Origin: the human T2T-CHM13v2.0 reference genome, Homo sapiens
NCBI RefSeq assembly: GCF_009914755.1
Contig: NC_060926.1
DNA length: 64,000 bases
Reading direction: 5' to 3' (one strand)
Below, one piece after another: positions 1 to 14,467 of the stretch. The position numbers were made by a program, and so were the translations under genes. The notes beneath the pieces were generated by a model. That model made no database searches and had not been told where the DNA came from. It saw only the letters and a list, made by a program, of their open reading frames with translations. The first letter of the stretch is position 1, and each line of letters opens with the position of its first letter.

Positions 1-113
1 TTCAGCAGCACATATACTAAAAATTGGAATGATATGGGGAAGATAATCATGGCCCTGAGCAAGGATCACAACACAAATTAGTGAAGTGTTCCATATTTTA
101 TTAAAAAAAAAAA
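1..113 (+). pseudogene. U6 snRNA retropseudogene (5' end cut by window edge) with poly(A) tail
   Basis: ttcagcagcacatatactaaaaattggaatgatat...catggccctgagcaaggat...aaattagtgaagtgttccatatttt matches U6 with many substitutions; the ACAGAGA box is destroyed; an A-run follows. Confidence 0.93.
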
Positions 114-1907
114 GTTAGCCGTCTTTTCTTTTTTCCCCCCTGAGGTCCCTCCCCCTAGTAAAAAAGCTATGTATGGGAGAATGACGTTCCTCTGTTATTG
201 TCATCAGACGTTATTTCAGAGACTTCACCAAAGATCTACAGAATCATCCAAACACCTGATGCACACAGGATTATCAGCACTTGAGACTCAGGATCCTCAC
301 AGACTGAGGTTAAATAGAAGTAGGTTTACTAGCAACATTCCAAAGATGAAGCTAAAGTGCCTGGAAAAGTAAATCCGGATGATTTGCCTGGCACCTTGGT
401 GGCTTGCAGAGAGAGTGAAGTGGTTTGGGCTGATAACATACCAGACTTGAATGGGCCACAGTATTCCCCTGTATGAGGTTATTTGGGAGGAACCTGAAGC
501 TATTTTTCTGTTTGAAGAAGCTAATTTGGCTTTGGAAGTATCTCAAGACCCCACTTGATGAAAAATGTGTTTTATGAGATTTTTCTAGAGATTTCTCAGC
601 TAAAGTTAATGATTGTATAAGCTTTTCTGAAATTTTAAGCTTGAATCATGAGAGAATAGTTGGTTTGCTTCTTTTGGTATTTTTGGTAGAGAGTTTAAAT
701 TTTTTTTTTAGTATGTGCCTTGTGGTATAAGCCGAGGGAGTTTAATAAAAATTTGGTTTTGAATGGATACTGAAAAATTTTTCTAAAGGTACAAAAGTGG
801 TTACAAATCTCATCACGTTCCTCATTCCTGATTTACCCCATTCAATGATAACCATTATCATCGTTGCCTTAAGTATCCAAAAATATTCTGTGCATCTATA
901 AGAGTCTAAGTAGGCTTATTGTTTGTTTCTATATGATATTAACATACTGTCTATATTGCTCTGTCCCTTGCTTCTTTTTACTTAACATACCGTGCCACTG
1001 TATTGAAAACTGCCTCCTTTTTGTGTCAGCTGCATAATCTATTTTGTTGTACCATAACTAGTTTCCTATTAAAAGCTTTTAAGTTATTTTCAGTCATTTT
1101 CTATCATAAATAATGTTGCAACAAATATCCTTATGCAGATATCATTTCATACTGATGTATAAAATGGGAATGTTCCTTACAAGATAGATCCCTAAAAGTT
1201 AAAGTTGGGGCCAAGGAGCATACATTTTGAATTTTGGTGTAGTTTTATTGCCCGTAGAAAAACTGCAATTCACAGTCCCACTCACAACATCTAGACAATT
1301 CCTATTTCTCTAGAACTTTGCTGGCAGTGTTACCCATCTTTGAAACCCGTGACTAATTGACAGATGACAAGTTATATTAGCTTGCATTTCTCATTTTGAA
1401 TGAGATAGAAATCTTTGCCTATATTTGAAAACCATTTATCTCCTTTTCTGTCAACTGTTTTTGCCCGTGGCCTGTTTTCTATTGGCAGTCTTACTGACTT
1501 GTGGGAACTTTTTATATTTTAACAAAGTTATCTCTTAATCTGTGATATGTGATACAAATAGTTCCCCCGTTTTCTCTTTGACTTTATGGTGTATTTGCCA
1601 AGCAGATTTTTTTTTAAAAAAAGACATATTAATAGTTGAATTTATAAAAAAAAAATCATGAGTTTTGTGGCTTCTTTAAAAATACCTTTCCAGTTCTAGA
1701 AGCAAACTCTACTGATAGTTTTATCTTGACAGGGTTCTTGAATGCACATGTGGGATGTTTTTGTGAATTCTGTGTGTATATTGCAGGGTTTCCATCTCAC
1801 TGCCCCCAGTATTTCCAAAACACTGTAGAAAAATAACCATGAGTTTCAACAAAAGTAATAGTGTATTTCTAGGTTAACCCCAAGGAAATATAGATCATCC
1901 TCTAGGA

Positions 1908-2234
1908 CAGTGGTCCCCAACCTTTTTGGTGCCAGGGACAGGTTTCATGGAAGACAATTTTTTCATGAACTGGGTGGTGTGGGCCGTGATGGTTTTGGGA
2001 TGAAACTGTTCCACCTCAGATCATCAGGCATTAGTTAGAGGCTCATAAGGAGCAGGCAATCTAGATCCCTCGCATAGCGGTTCACAATAGGGTTAGCGCT
2101 CCTATGAGAATCTAATGCTGCCACTGACCTGACAGGAGGCGGAGCTCAGGCGGTAATGCTCACCTGCTGTCCGGCCCAGTTCCTAACTTGCTACCACTAG
2201 TACTGGTCTGAGGCCTGGAGCTTGGGGACCCCTG
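1908..2234 (+). mobile_element. MER1B (hAT-Charlie non-autonomous DNA transposon), complete
   Basis: Termini cagtggtccccaacc...ttggggacccctg; perfect 8-bp TSD CTCTAGGA at 1900-1907 and 2235-2242. Confidence 0.9.
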
Positions 2235-2660
2235 CTCTAGGAAACTAAAGACATGTTCCTTGTGACCAGTCAAGTGACTTGAGTGAGATACAGATGTTCT
2301 CTCTGGACAGGTTTTGATTCCTTCTGGGTTCTTTGGGGATTTCTCAGATTGCTTTCATTATCTGTGACTTCAAATGCATATCTCCCTGTTGAAGTGGAGT
2401 TAGGTGAGTAATTTGGGAGCAAGGACTGTCTGACAAGTGGCAGCATTGTTGGCCTGGCATTGAGTGCAGCCCAGCATTCCTTCTAACCAACTCAAGTGTG
2501 GGCCAGACAATCCCACCTATGGCTATTTCCTCAGGGCCAACTGTATTTTTCCTACTGAATGGCAACAACTTTTCTTATGTTAAAGAGTGACTAAGGCAGT
2601 CCTAGAATCTTTTCACTCTAATTTTTTCACAGTTGAGACATAATTCTTGCCACCAATTAC

Positions 2661-2795
2661 TTTTTTTTTTTTTTTTTTTTTGAGACAGGGTCTTGCTCTG
2701 TCACCCAGCCTGGAGTGCAGTAGCGTGATCATGGCTCACTATAGCCTCTAACTCAAGGGATCCTCCCTCCTCCTCCTCCTGAGTAGCTGGAACTT
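2661..2795 (-). mobile_element. Alu fragment (AluJ/FRAM-like monomer)
   Basis: poly-T then gagacagggtcttgctctgtcacccagcctggagtgcag. Confidence 0.85.
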
Positions 2796-3569
2796 TCTAT
2801 AAAATATTATGAGGATTAGTGAAATATGCTTCTTTCTAAAAAGCTTTGATCTCCCATTCAGAGGTACTCTGTAATGCAAATTGTCACTTAGAACATCATA
2901 TAATTAATCCTCCTATTTTTAATGAGAAATTAGAAGCAAATATAGTTTAAAATGAAGTATCTTTGGGTATTGTGTTGGTGACCTCTTTGATGGATTTGTT
3001 GATGATAGCCATCAATGTCTATCAATTGCTGCCATATTGGCAGTTTTCCTTTGGGTCATCTAGACTGGAATAAAAGGCAAATCTTATTACTAGTAATATG
3101 GTGATTGCCTTTGTCAAGACATTGAGGAAATAACCAAGATGACTCATTCCAGCTTTATTAATAGAGAAGAAAGAAAAATTTATCTTGTCCTTATCCCAAA
3201 TATAACTTGAATTTCAGGTGAATCAGTAATATTAGCAAGAAATTATGTAGTGTTAACTCAATGGTTTGGCAGGCGTTTGATCCTTACAGGCTTTGGGTTG
3301 CTTCCTAGTGTTTATTTAGATTACTCTTCCACAAGATGTTTATTATATTTCTGCCTGTATCTTCACTATTATTCAACAATAGGTGAAAAGCTTCATAGCT
3401 TAGTAATTTATTTTTTCTCCTGGGAATCACCTGAATAGGAAGAAAAGAAATTGGATCATTTATACTTGTCAGTGGTTGCATAATAATTAGCCAATATCTG
3501 GGTGCTATATTTTCAGATTCCTGATTGTTTTAGGCTCTCTGCAGTATGTGCTTTGTCTATTTTAATGTT

Positions 3570-4310
3570 TTTAAACTTATTTTTTAACTTTTAAAAAAGT
3601 TCAGGGGTACATGTGCAGGTTTGTTATATAGGTAAACTTGTGTCAAGGGGGTTTGTTGTACAGATTATTTCATCATCCAATTATTAAGCCTAGTACCCAT
3701 TAGTTATTCTTCCTGATACTGTCCCTCCTCTCACCCTCCACCCTCCAATAGGCCCCAGTGTCTGTTGCTCCCCTCTGTGCATCCATGAGTTCTCATCATT
3801 TAGCTCCGACTCATAAGTGAGAACATGCAGTATTTGGTTTTCTGTTACTGTATTAGTTTGCTAAGGATAGTGGCCTCCAGCTCCATCCATGTTCCTGCAA
3901 AGGACATGATATCGTTCTTTTCTTCTGGCTGCATAGTGTTTCATGGTGTACATGTACCACATTTTCTTTATTCAGTCTATCATTGGTGGATATTTAGGTT
4001 GATTCCATGTCTTTACTATTGTGAATAGTGTTGCAATGAACATATACATGCATGTGTCTTTATGATAGAATGATTTATATTCCTTTGGGTATATATCCAG
4101 TAGTGGGATTGTTGGGTGATAGTTCTGTTTCTAGCTCTTTGAGGAATCACCACACTGTTTTCCACATGGTTGAACTAATTTGTATTCCCATCAACCGTGT
4201 ATAGCATTTCTTTTTCTCCTCAACCTGTTTTCTCTGCCAGCATCTGTTATTTTTTGACTTAATGATAGCAATTCTGACTAGTGTGAAATAGTATCTCATT
4301 GTGTTTTTTT
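3570..4310 (-). mobile_element. LINE-1 3' end (older L1PA-type), 5'-truncated
   Basis: Antisense L1 3' UTR (ggggtacatgtgcaggtttgttatataggtaaac...) plus ORF2 C-terminal remnant (TMRYYFTLVRIAIIKSKNNRCW). Confidence 0.85.
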
Positions 4311-5359
4311 TAACCACAATGAGAATTTTTAAAAAATGCTCTTTTGCCATCTTCGGTTTAATAATTTTCAGAAAAGAGTTTTTTTTTTTTTTTTTTTTTT
4401 GGTGAAAGGGCTAGAACTCATAAAAACCTAACTTTTATTTAAAATTATTTGAAGTTCCAGACTTGCACATTTTAACTCTAGTAGAGCAAATAATTCCTGT
4501 GGGTATCAAAGGAAATTCCCTGTGTGTATGCCCAGAAATGTCTCAGTTTGCAAAAGGAAAAATTCTTCAGTAAATCAGAAAACCTGTAGGACATTTTTGT
4601 CAAATATTTGAAGGTGGGAAAAAGGCATAAACATAGTAGAATCATACAAGTTAAAGTGATTCTGTTAATATTTATGACAGTATTAAAGTGTTTCAATACA
4701 CGTTTTGTTTTGTCCCTTTGTCTTGCACATCTACTCTTCCAAATGACAGCTAATTAAAACACAGAATGTTTGTATTGTATGCTTTATTTTTGTCTGAAAA
4801 TGTCTTACAATAGGGTATAATGAGCATCATGAAAACTGATTAGCTAATACCCATCCTCACTGTTTCTTACTGTTCTGACTGTTGGATGAAATACTCTGTT
4901 TGCACACAGGTAGCCTTTTAAATCTCAGCACCAATGAATGACATAGCTTGATCAGGGTTAGAAAACCAGTGATAAAACCAAATGGCCCATTATTACTCTT
5001 GCAAATCCCTAGCCTAACAATTGAGTTTTGCCAAGATAGGTTAAGCCTTCACAGTGGGGAAGGGATGGCCAAGTATGGCCCATCTAGGTCAGAGATGGCG
5101 AAGTTTGTTGCCTTTAGCAGCTGTCATTTATCTTCCATGTCATTTCAATCTTACGTTAAGACTGATTCCACCTTGTGCTTTACGGCGATTATTTCTGCTA
5201 TAATGTAGAAATGCCATGGCTAGAAATGAAGCATATTTCTGAGATGGGCACACGCAATAAAAAAGCATGAGTGTGTTGGATGTGTATTAGCTATACCCAT
5301 ATGGGGCTTTAAAGTGAGTGTTTTCCATATTACTCTGGTACCTTTTTTTTTTTTTTTTC

Positions 5360-5778
<419 letters not shown>

Positions 5779-6032
5779 AGGTGGGCAGAACACAAGATTA
5801 GGAGTTCGAGACCAGCCTGACCAACATGGTGAAACCCCATCTCTACTAAAAACACAAAAATTAGCCCAGCATGGTGGTGTGCACCTGTAATCCCAGATAC
5901 TCAGGAGGCTGAGGCAGGAGAATTGCTTGAACCCAGGAGGTGGAGGTTGCAGTGAGCTGAGAGCACGCTATTGTACTTCAGCCTGGGTGACAGAGTGAGC
6001 CTCCGTCTCAAAATAATACTACTACTAATAAT
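5779..6032 (+). mobile_element. AluS, 5'-truncated, fused head-to-head to the preceding antisense Alu
   Basis: ggtgggcagaacacaagattaggagttcgagaccagcc...ctccgtctcaaaataatactactactaat. Confidence 0.9.
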
Positions 6033-6234
6033 TACATGTTATTTTATGTAAATCCCATTTAGAAATTGGGAACCAGAACTAGAAACCATTTTCTCAAACC
6101 CAAAAGGAAATTATGCGGGAATCTGGTGGCTATTTTGTACTGTTTTCCACTTGTACCTTTATTTCTGTGGTGCATGTAGTCTGGCTAGAGAAATCCATTT
6201 CATTGGTTATCTCCATGTTTCTTTCTCTCCTCAG

Positions 6235-6321
6235 ATGCAGACAGACATGCTGAACTATCTGGAAGTCCACTGAAAAGCAAAAGCACTAGGAAGCCTTTGG
6301 CATGTATCATTGGGTATTTAG
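6235..6321 (+). CDS. MTA3: MTA3 long isoform, third-from-last coding exon ((Y)[28 protein letters not shown](E))
   Basis: ctttctctcctcAG acceptor, G|GTGGGT donor, 87 bp, phase 1-1; peptide recognised as the MTA3 C-terminal region. Confidence 0.95.
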
Positions 6322-6779
6322 GTGGGTATTTTCTAATAGAGGAAAAACTCAAAGAGCAATTTCTGAATAGTATAGATATTTGGCAATTCTAAATGGACAT
6401 ACCTAAACTAATTCAGGCCCTTCAAATAGCCGAAATTGGATACCTTTATATAGTCAGTTTATTTTGTTTCAGAAACTTTTATTACCAGCACACACAACAC
6501 ACACACATACACACACAGATTTATGATATATGTCTACTTTTTCCAAAAAGCCATCGAATAAAAATGTAATATATATTCATGGAAATAAATACAGATTAAG
6601 CAAAAAAGAAAATGAAAAGCATTCAGTTAGTACTTAGGATGAATAGTCTTAATATTCTTCTTCAGATCCCTCCCCTGTTTCTAACTCACCTCACCTCTTT
6701 TTAAATAGAAGATTTATTTACTTATTAAAATGAGATCAAACTGGTTTATAACTTATCTTAAAATAATTATAGGTTTTAA

Positions 6780-6922
6780 TTTTTTATTTTATTTGCTTTT
6801 TGTAGAGACAGGGTCTCGCTTTGTTGCCCAGGCTGGTCTCAAACTCCTGGCCTCAAGCGATCTTCCTGCCTTGACTTCCCAAAGTGCTGGGATTACAGAT
6901 GTGAGCCACTGCTTCAAGCCTT
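6780..6922 (-). mobile_element. Alu left monomer (FLAM-like)
   Basis: gtagagacagggtctcgctttgttgcccaggctggtctcaaactcctgg...gattacagatgtgagcc. Confidence 0.85.
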
Positions 6923-7323
6923 AAATATTTATAGTTTTGGTGTGCTTTAGGTGACTTTGAAGGGGAGGCATTTGTATTGCTTTCTTATTTTCATCATGCC
7001 ATCTGACTTGGAAATCTCCAAAGATGATAGCTCCATTTTTATGTTGAAATATCACAATTAAGAATAGTATACAAAATTACTATGCAATAATCTCTTTGTT
7101 TAAACAAAGTTTTAAGAGAAATAACTTACAAAATAATGGTTTTTCACATACCTAGAAGCAAGAATGGCATGTTTTTGTGCTTCTCATAGTTCTTTTTCAG
7201 TAAAGTGAAATATGTACTCAGAGTTGCTTTGACAGAAAGATTTATAATTATGAAATGTTCAGACTGCAGACATCAACTCTTTTAAAAATCAAAGTGTAGT
7301 CTTGAATTTGGTATATTATCTAG

Positions 7324-7731
<408 letters not shown>

Positions 7732-7738
7732 ATTTCTT

Positions 7739-7862
7739 GCTTTATTTCTCAGGGGTTAAAGAGTTGTTTTGATATCCCCTGAAAATGTCACATGGTTATT
7801 GTACACATGACCTACGTAATGGTGGTAATGTCCTTGAAGAGTGCGGTCTGTATTCCCTTGCA
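7739..7862 (+). repeat. Copy 2 of the ~124-bp duplicated segment
   Basis: ~90% identical to 5360-5482. Confidence 0.9.
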
Positions 7863-7927
7863 GAACTGTCTCCAGATGCCCCTTCCCACCTTGCATGGGA
7901 AAGTTTCTGATCACAAAAAATAGAATA

Positions 7928-8205
7928 GGCCGGGCATGGTGGCTCATGCCTGTAATCCCAGTACTTTGAGAGGCAGGCGGATTGCTTGAGTCCAGGAGTT
8001 TGAGCCTGGGTAACATAGCAAAACCCTGTCTCTACCAAAAATACAAATATTAGGCAGGTGTGGTGGTGCGTGCCTGTGGTCCCAACTACTCAGGAGACTG
8101 AGGTGGGAGGATTGACCGCTTGAGCCCAGGAGGCAGAGGTTGCAGTGAGCCAAGATTGTGCCACCACACTCCAGTCCAAGTGACCAATTGAGACCCTGTC
8201 TCAAA

Positions 8206-8237
<32 letters not shown>

Positions 8238-8240
8238 AAA
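7928..8240 (+). mobile_element. AluJ
   Basis: Full dimeric Alu with A-tail; flanks aaaaa(t)agaata. Confidence 0.9.
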
Positions 8241-8559
8241 GAATATAACATTATTAGCCTTTCCAAGAATAATTGTGTGCTCCTACTGTGGGCAAATTGG
8301 TCTCTATATCTACCAGATAGGCCCAGACTGTGCTGTTCTTACCAGCTGAACCACATCCCTACACAATATATTTATGAGTATTTATATGTTGAAAACACTG
8401 TACTAAGTGATTTGGGGAACACCAAGATGGGTAAGACCTTGCCCTCAAAATTCTTAGTGTAGTGGGGAAAGCAAGCAGGTAAGAACAATAAAACAAAGGA
8501 TTAGATCCTGTAAAATAATTACAGGTAATATGCGTTGGGCACTTGGAGGAAGGACTGTT

Positions 8560-8876
8560 CTTTTTCTTTTTCTTTTTCTTTTTTTTTTTTTTTGAGATAG
8601 AGTCTCACTCTGTCACCCAGGCTGGAATACAATGTCTCCATCTTGGCTCACTGCAACCTCCACTTCCCAGGCTCAGGTGATCCTCCCACTTAAGCCTCCT
8701 GAATGGCTGGGACTACAGGTGTGCACCACCACACTTGGCTAATTTTTAAAAATTTTTGTAGAGACAGGGTTTCACCATGTTGCTCAGGCTGGTCTCGAAC
8801 TCCTGGACTCATGCAGTCTGCCCACCTTGGCCTCCCAAAGTACTGGGATTACGGATGTGAGCCACTGCACCTGGCC
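8560..8876 (-). mobile_element. AluJ
   Basis: Antisense dimeric Alu after poly-T. Confidence 0.9.
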
Positions 8877-10136
8877 AATGAGGGAATTTTTTCTAATGAG
8901 CGTTAGGGCAGCCTACCTGAAGAAAGTAATAGTTAATTTCAGCCTTAAAAGATATTTAGGATTCGAATAGGTAGAAAAATAGGAAAAGCGTATTCTCTTC
9001 CCTCATAAGGCCAAGACAACCAGATGAACAAAGGCTTCAGTGAGTCCAAGGACTTGAAAGCAGCTTGTTTGGTCTAGATGGAGCATAGACTGTGGAGGTT
9101 AAATGAAATGCAAGGCTGGCAAACTTGTCATGTCATGTTGGAGAAAAAAAAATCACTTTTTTCGGTGGTAGTATTTAAGCCATTTCTAAATTTTGGCAAG
9201 TGTGGGACTTTGACCAGAGCTGTAGTAATTCTAACAATTCCAATGGCTTTTCCTAAATTCCAGTAAATAAGGGTGATATCTCAGCCCTTACCTTCAGTGA
9301 AAGGGTGAGAAGGCAGGGTGGCTTGTGTGTAGTTGGCCAGCTGCATGATGACTCTGAGAATCAGTGAGCTGCTAAGCTTTAGAAAAAGGCTGCCCAGCTT
9401 TAGTAGTAAACTGAAGTTCTTAAATCCAGTTCCTACAGTGTTACAGTTTCTGTCCATCTACAATAAGAGCACGTAGTTCTGGGCTGTATGGCTAACAACA
9501 ATATACCTTTGTTAAACATGCATATACCACAGGCACATTATGGTTTTGTGATATATCCTTGGATAAAGCATTTCATCTACCTCTTGACTATTGTATTTGG
9601 ACTTTGGTTTCAGGTTTCATCTATATCAAAATGTTCTAGGCTGCGAGTAATTGATCCTGGTCCCATACTCTGTCTGGTTGCAGAGCCAGAGGAGGAATCC
9701 CGTTTTTCAGAAAGTTCGCATACCTGACATGGTGCCTGGTTTGACAGAGCACAGAAGTGTTTTACCCCCCTCACCCCAAGGCTACCTCTCCAGATAGCCT
9801 TTTGATGTCTAATATCTTGAGGAGTCAGATGCCTTATTCCCTTAGTAAATCACATGTTGTATGTGACCTTCTGAAGTGGCTTTTTGTTTTGTTTTTGCTT
9901 GTATTCACAACCTGAGGCTCAGAGCTCCAGCCAGCAGGGAAAAAACCAGCTTACTTGATAAGCAAAGCCATGGCAACAACACTTGAAGCTGACTCATTAT
10001 GCAAGTCCTTGGCTGGCTCAGGAGGAACTGACTCTCAGCTCATTAAGAAATAAGATGTGTGCCTATTAGCCAATGTAAATGCACACAGATTTTTAATATC
10101 ATGTTCTGAATTGAGAAACCTTTTTTCCCCCATCAG

Positions 10137-10283
10137 AGATCCATCCTGCAAAGAAACCTAATGTAATTCGATCTACACCAAGCCTGCAAACCCCAACTAC
10201 CAAGCGGATGCTAACAACTCCAAATCACACATCTCTGAGCATTCTGGGGAAAAGAAACTACAGTCATCACAATGGTCTGGATG
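10137..10283 (+). CDS. MTA3: MTA3 long isoform, penultimate coding exon ((E)[48 protein letters not shown](E))
   Basis: ttttttcccccatcAG acceptor, G|GTATGT donor, 147 bp, phase 1-1, open in frame with the previous exon. Confidence 0.95.
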
Positions 10284-11521
10284 GTATGTAAGCCCAGGAA
10301 TTCTGGAGGCTGTTCTGATAGAGTGCCTTCACACTCAGGCATGTGTCTGCCACATCCAAAAATATATTATAAGCATGTTCTTGTATTCCATGATTGAAGT
10401 ATGTGGTTGAGGAATAAGGGGGAATACAGCCATATGCCACATTTTGCCAAGGGATAGTTCTCCATCCCATCAGGAGGTACTTATTTGCTCCCATCTCCTG
10501 TTAGGAGGCGTTTTTGGAGATGAAATCTGTATTTAGCAGATTGCTTCTGCTGGGTAATAATGTTCTTGCTGTGATGCGCGCTCACTGTTCATTTAAGTTT
10601 TCTTGAGCAGAAGGGATTATTTTGCCTTATGTCTAAGACATCAGTGTTTTCTGGGGGTTCTTCAGTGTTCCATGGGTCATTCTAAATTTGGCATTTGTCC
10701 CTTCTTTTACCTTATAAATGTTTTTAATTGCTCAAGAGTGCTACATGTCATGAAAGGAATTGCCTGGGTGATGTCCTAAATACAGAAATAATAATTTGCT
10801 TGAAATGGAAAAATAGAAATATCACCTCTTATCCAAAGTACTTCTCTTGGGCTTGGCCATATAATGACTCTCCAGGTGGAACTGAATTATCTTCTCATTT
10901 GGACTATAAACACAACCATAATAAATCATCCAGGCAGTATATGTTCTTCATTTCAGTAGTTCTGGACTTTGAAACTGTCTTTATTGTTTAAATGTTGGCA
11001 TTTATTTATGAATAAAACTCTCTCCAGGCTTTTCATGCCTTCTGGAACTCTAAATTACTTATGTGACAGTAAATTATTTATAATGAGGCCCCAGAGCAAG
11101 GATGTGGAGTAGACCTTCTAATAATAATTTCCTATGGTTGTTTTCCTCCATTATGACTTTTGATGTTCATAATAATGTCAAAAATGTGTAAAACAGTGAG
11201 GGTGAGGAATTGAGTTTGCATTTATAGGTTATCAATGTGTTAAGATATGGTTGTCAAGAATTTAGCTACCCAGAAGTCTTACAGAAACACTTCCTTTCTA
11301 ATGAGAACGTTGGCCATCCTTGACACAATATACCTGATGTCTAGACAGCAGAAGGAGTGTATCAAAGTGTGAAGATTGGATGTATTTCTTTCAGCCTTTT
11401 CTTGCCCACAACCTTTGGATTCAGGCTTGAATGTAATCTAGAATCTCTCTTTTCCATTATACCACCTCCCTGGCCTTTCTAGGCATATAATATTGCTGTA
11501 GAAGGTATAAAGTAAGTCCTG

Positions 11522-11523
<2 letters not shown>

Positions 11524-11577
<54 letters not shown>
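11524..11577. repeat. (CA)n microsatellite, about 26 units
   Basis: Directly visible. Confidence 0.97.
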
Positions 11578-11579
<2 letters not shown>

Positions 11580-11613
11580 ATATATTCTTTTCGGTAAAAA
11601 GACTGTTGTTGTG

Positions 11614-11967
<354 letters not shown>

Positions 11968-13588
11968 TCATTCTGGATCCCAGTCCTGGCCTGCAATACC
12001 TCTTCTGTTGCTCTTTCCTCAGTATCACAGGTACCTGTTTTTCTGGAATTTATTTAAAATGTCACCTTGTAGTGTTCCCTCTCTAGGGCTGTTTGTTTCA
12101 TTTCCCTCTGAATGAATGCTGCCACACGGTCATTGCTTCTCTGCTCTGAACAGAAGGAATGGACGGGGCACACAATGAATCCTTGGTTTTCTGTAGACAG
12201 AGACCTTCAGCCTTTTTGGGGGAAAGACCCATCTTATTTTCTGAAGAGACTTAGCTGCTGAAACACTTCCTTCTTTAAGACCCATTTGTGTTTGCTCTGC
12301 TGTCATGGGATGGAGAGGAAGGCTGATGACATGTGCTCGGCACTTGTGCTAACTCCTTTACTGAGTTCTCTCATTTAATTCACATGACAGGAGGTTCTGG
12401 GAGGTCAGGGAATTTGTTTTGCATATCATTGTATCTCTGTGCTTAGCACAGTACTTGGCATGTAGTAGGTACTCAATATATATTAGTTGTATAAATGAAG
12501 GTGATTGAGAAAAATGAGACCTAGAGAAGTGAATTAAATTTTCCAAAGTTACCAGGCACTACAGAGATGAATTGAGATTCCCACTCAGATGTGACTGATT
12601 TCAGAATCTTCTCGTTTAACCACTGTTATGAATGAAATCGTGGCTCTCAAATGCACTGTATTAGGTTCTATCAGCAAAGTAGAAACTATATAAGTTATTT
12701 CAACAGCTAATTTCATAAAAGAAATCAGTATGATGGATATTGGAGGACAGAATAAATCAACAGAGAACATGGGGCAGGGGCACAGGAAACAGCCACCATT
12801 CTCAGGGTTGGGAGAGCACAAGGAAGAAGCTGGGCTTATCACAACCCAGAAGCTCAAGGAGGGCCTCAGAGCCAGAACGCAACCCAGAGGAGAGGGCACT
12901 GCCCTGCCGGTGCAGGCACCTCTCAGGAGGTGTGATGAGGCTGGTTCTGGTACAAGCTTCTGCACCTACCTGGGGGGACACTGACAGGAACAGGACCGAG
13001 CAGTTCCTACCTCCCTGCTCCAGCACTGCAGAATCCTTCTAGCGCCCTGCTGGTGTGACACAGAGCCAGACAGCAAAGGGGAAGTGTGCTTGTAGAGTCC
13101 CACCCACCCCCAGCATCATGGAGCTGAGAAACAAGAGTGTAATGGAGGCACACATGTTAGAAAGTGCCCACATTCTTGTGTTATGAATGGACCTTTTCAT
13201 TGGGATAATGGGCCTGTTTCCTATTTCCACAGGGTATAGGATCCTGATTAACCAGAGTTTCCAAGATGAACTCAAAGTACTGGAAAAAATGTTCTGTTAA
13301 TACTTTTCATGAGATAGTTATTACCATCATATACTGAAATAGATACAAACTCATGGGAAAGCCTTGTTCTGTGTGATCCAATAATAAAATCAATTAGCAC
13401 TGCTACTTAATTATCAGCATGTCAGACAGATGAGCATACCAAACAGAGGGTTGATGGGCAGAAGAAATTGAATTGGAAACAACACACGGGGCTGCTGAGA
13501 TGTTTAGGCCTCTTAGCTTTAGGGCAGCCTGCCCCCTTCAGTGGCTTGCCTCCTCCACTCACCCTCTACCTTTGCATTGCAGGTTCTT

Positions 13589-13864
13589 TTTTTTTTTTTA
13601 ATTTTATTATTATTGTACTTCAAGTTTTAGGGTACATGTGCACAATGTGCAGGTTAGTTACATATGTATACATGTGCCATGCTGGTGTGCTGCACCCATT
13701 AACTCGTCATTTAGCATTAGGTATACCTCCTAATGCTATCCCTCCCCACTCCCCCCAACCCACAACAGTCCCCAGAGTGTGATGTTCCCCTTCCTGTGTC
13801 CATGTGTTCTCATTGTTCAATTCCCACCTATGAGTGAGAACATGCGGTGTTTGGTTTTTTGTCC
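13589..13864 (-). mobile_element. Young L1PA (PA3/PA4-like) 3' fragment, ~280 bp
   Basis: High-identity L1 3' UTR; TSD ttgcattgcaggttctt at 13572-13588 and 13865-13881. Confidence 0.92.
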
Positions 13865-14156
13865 TTGCATTGCAGGTTCTTGATGATGGGAAAGGAGTCT
13901 GTGAATTTGGGCTAGCAGAAAGGATTTTGCTTGGCATTAGAAAAAAAAGATGGACAGCTTCTTATTTCCTCCCTGAAAATCACGGTCTTTCCTGGCCCTG
14001 ATGAAGGCCTTTTAAAGAAAGGCCTTGGTATGGACTGGGTGCAGATAGTCAGAACTCTGTATGCTCTATTAAGGAAACTCCAGGGCCACACACAGGCCCT
14101 GTGACCAATCTAATAGAATCTAAACTCCAAAGGTGAAGATGAAAGATGTATACATA

Positions 14157-14467
14157 GGGGGAGTGGTGGCTTGCACTGGTAATCCCAGCAACTCTGGAGG
14201 CCAAAGCGGGAGGCTCACTTGAGCCCAGAATTTGAGACCAGCCTAGGCAACACAGTGAGACCCCAACTCTAAAAAAGTTTTTGTTTTAAATTAGCTGGAT
14301 GTAGTGGCATGCACCCACAGTTCTAGCTACTTGGCGGGGGCTGAGGCAGAAGCATTGCTTGAGCCCAGGAGGTTGAGACTGCAGTGAGCTATGATTGTAT
14401 CACTGTACTCTAGCCTGGGTTACAGAGTGAGATCCTGTCTCTTAAAAAGAAAGAAAGAAAGAAAGAA
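14157..14467 (+). mobile_element. AluJ with (GAAA)n tail
   Basis: Dimeric Alu motifs. Confidence 0.88.
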
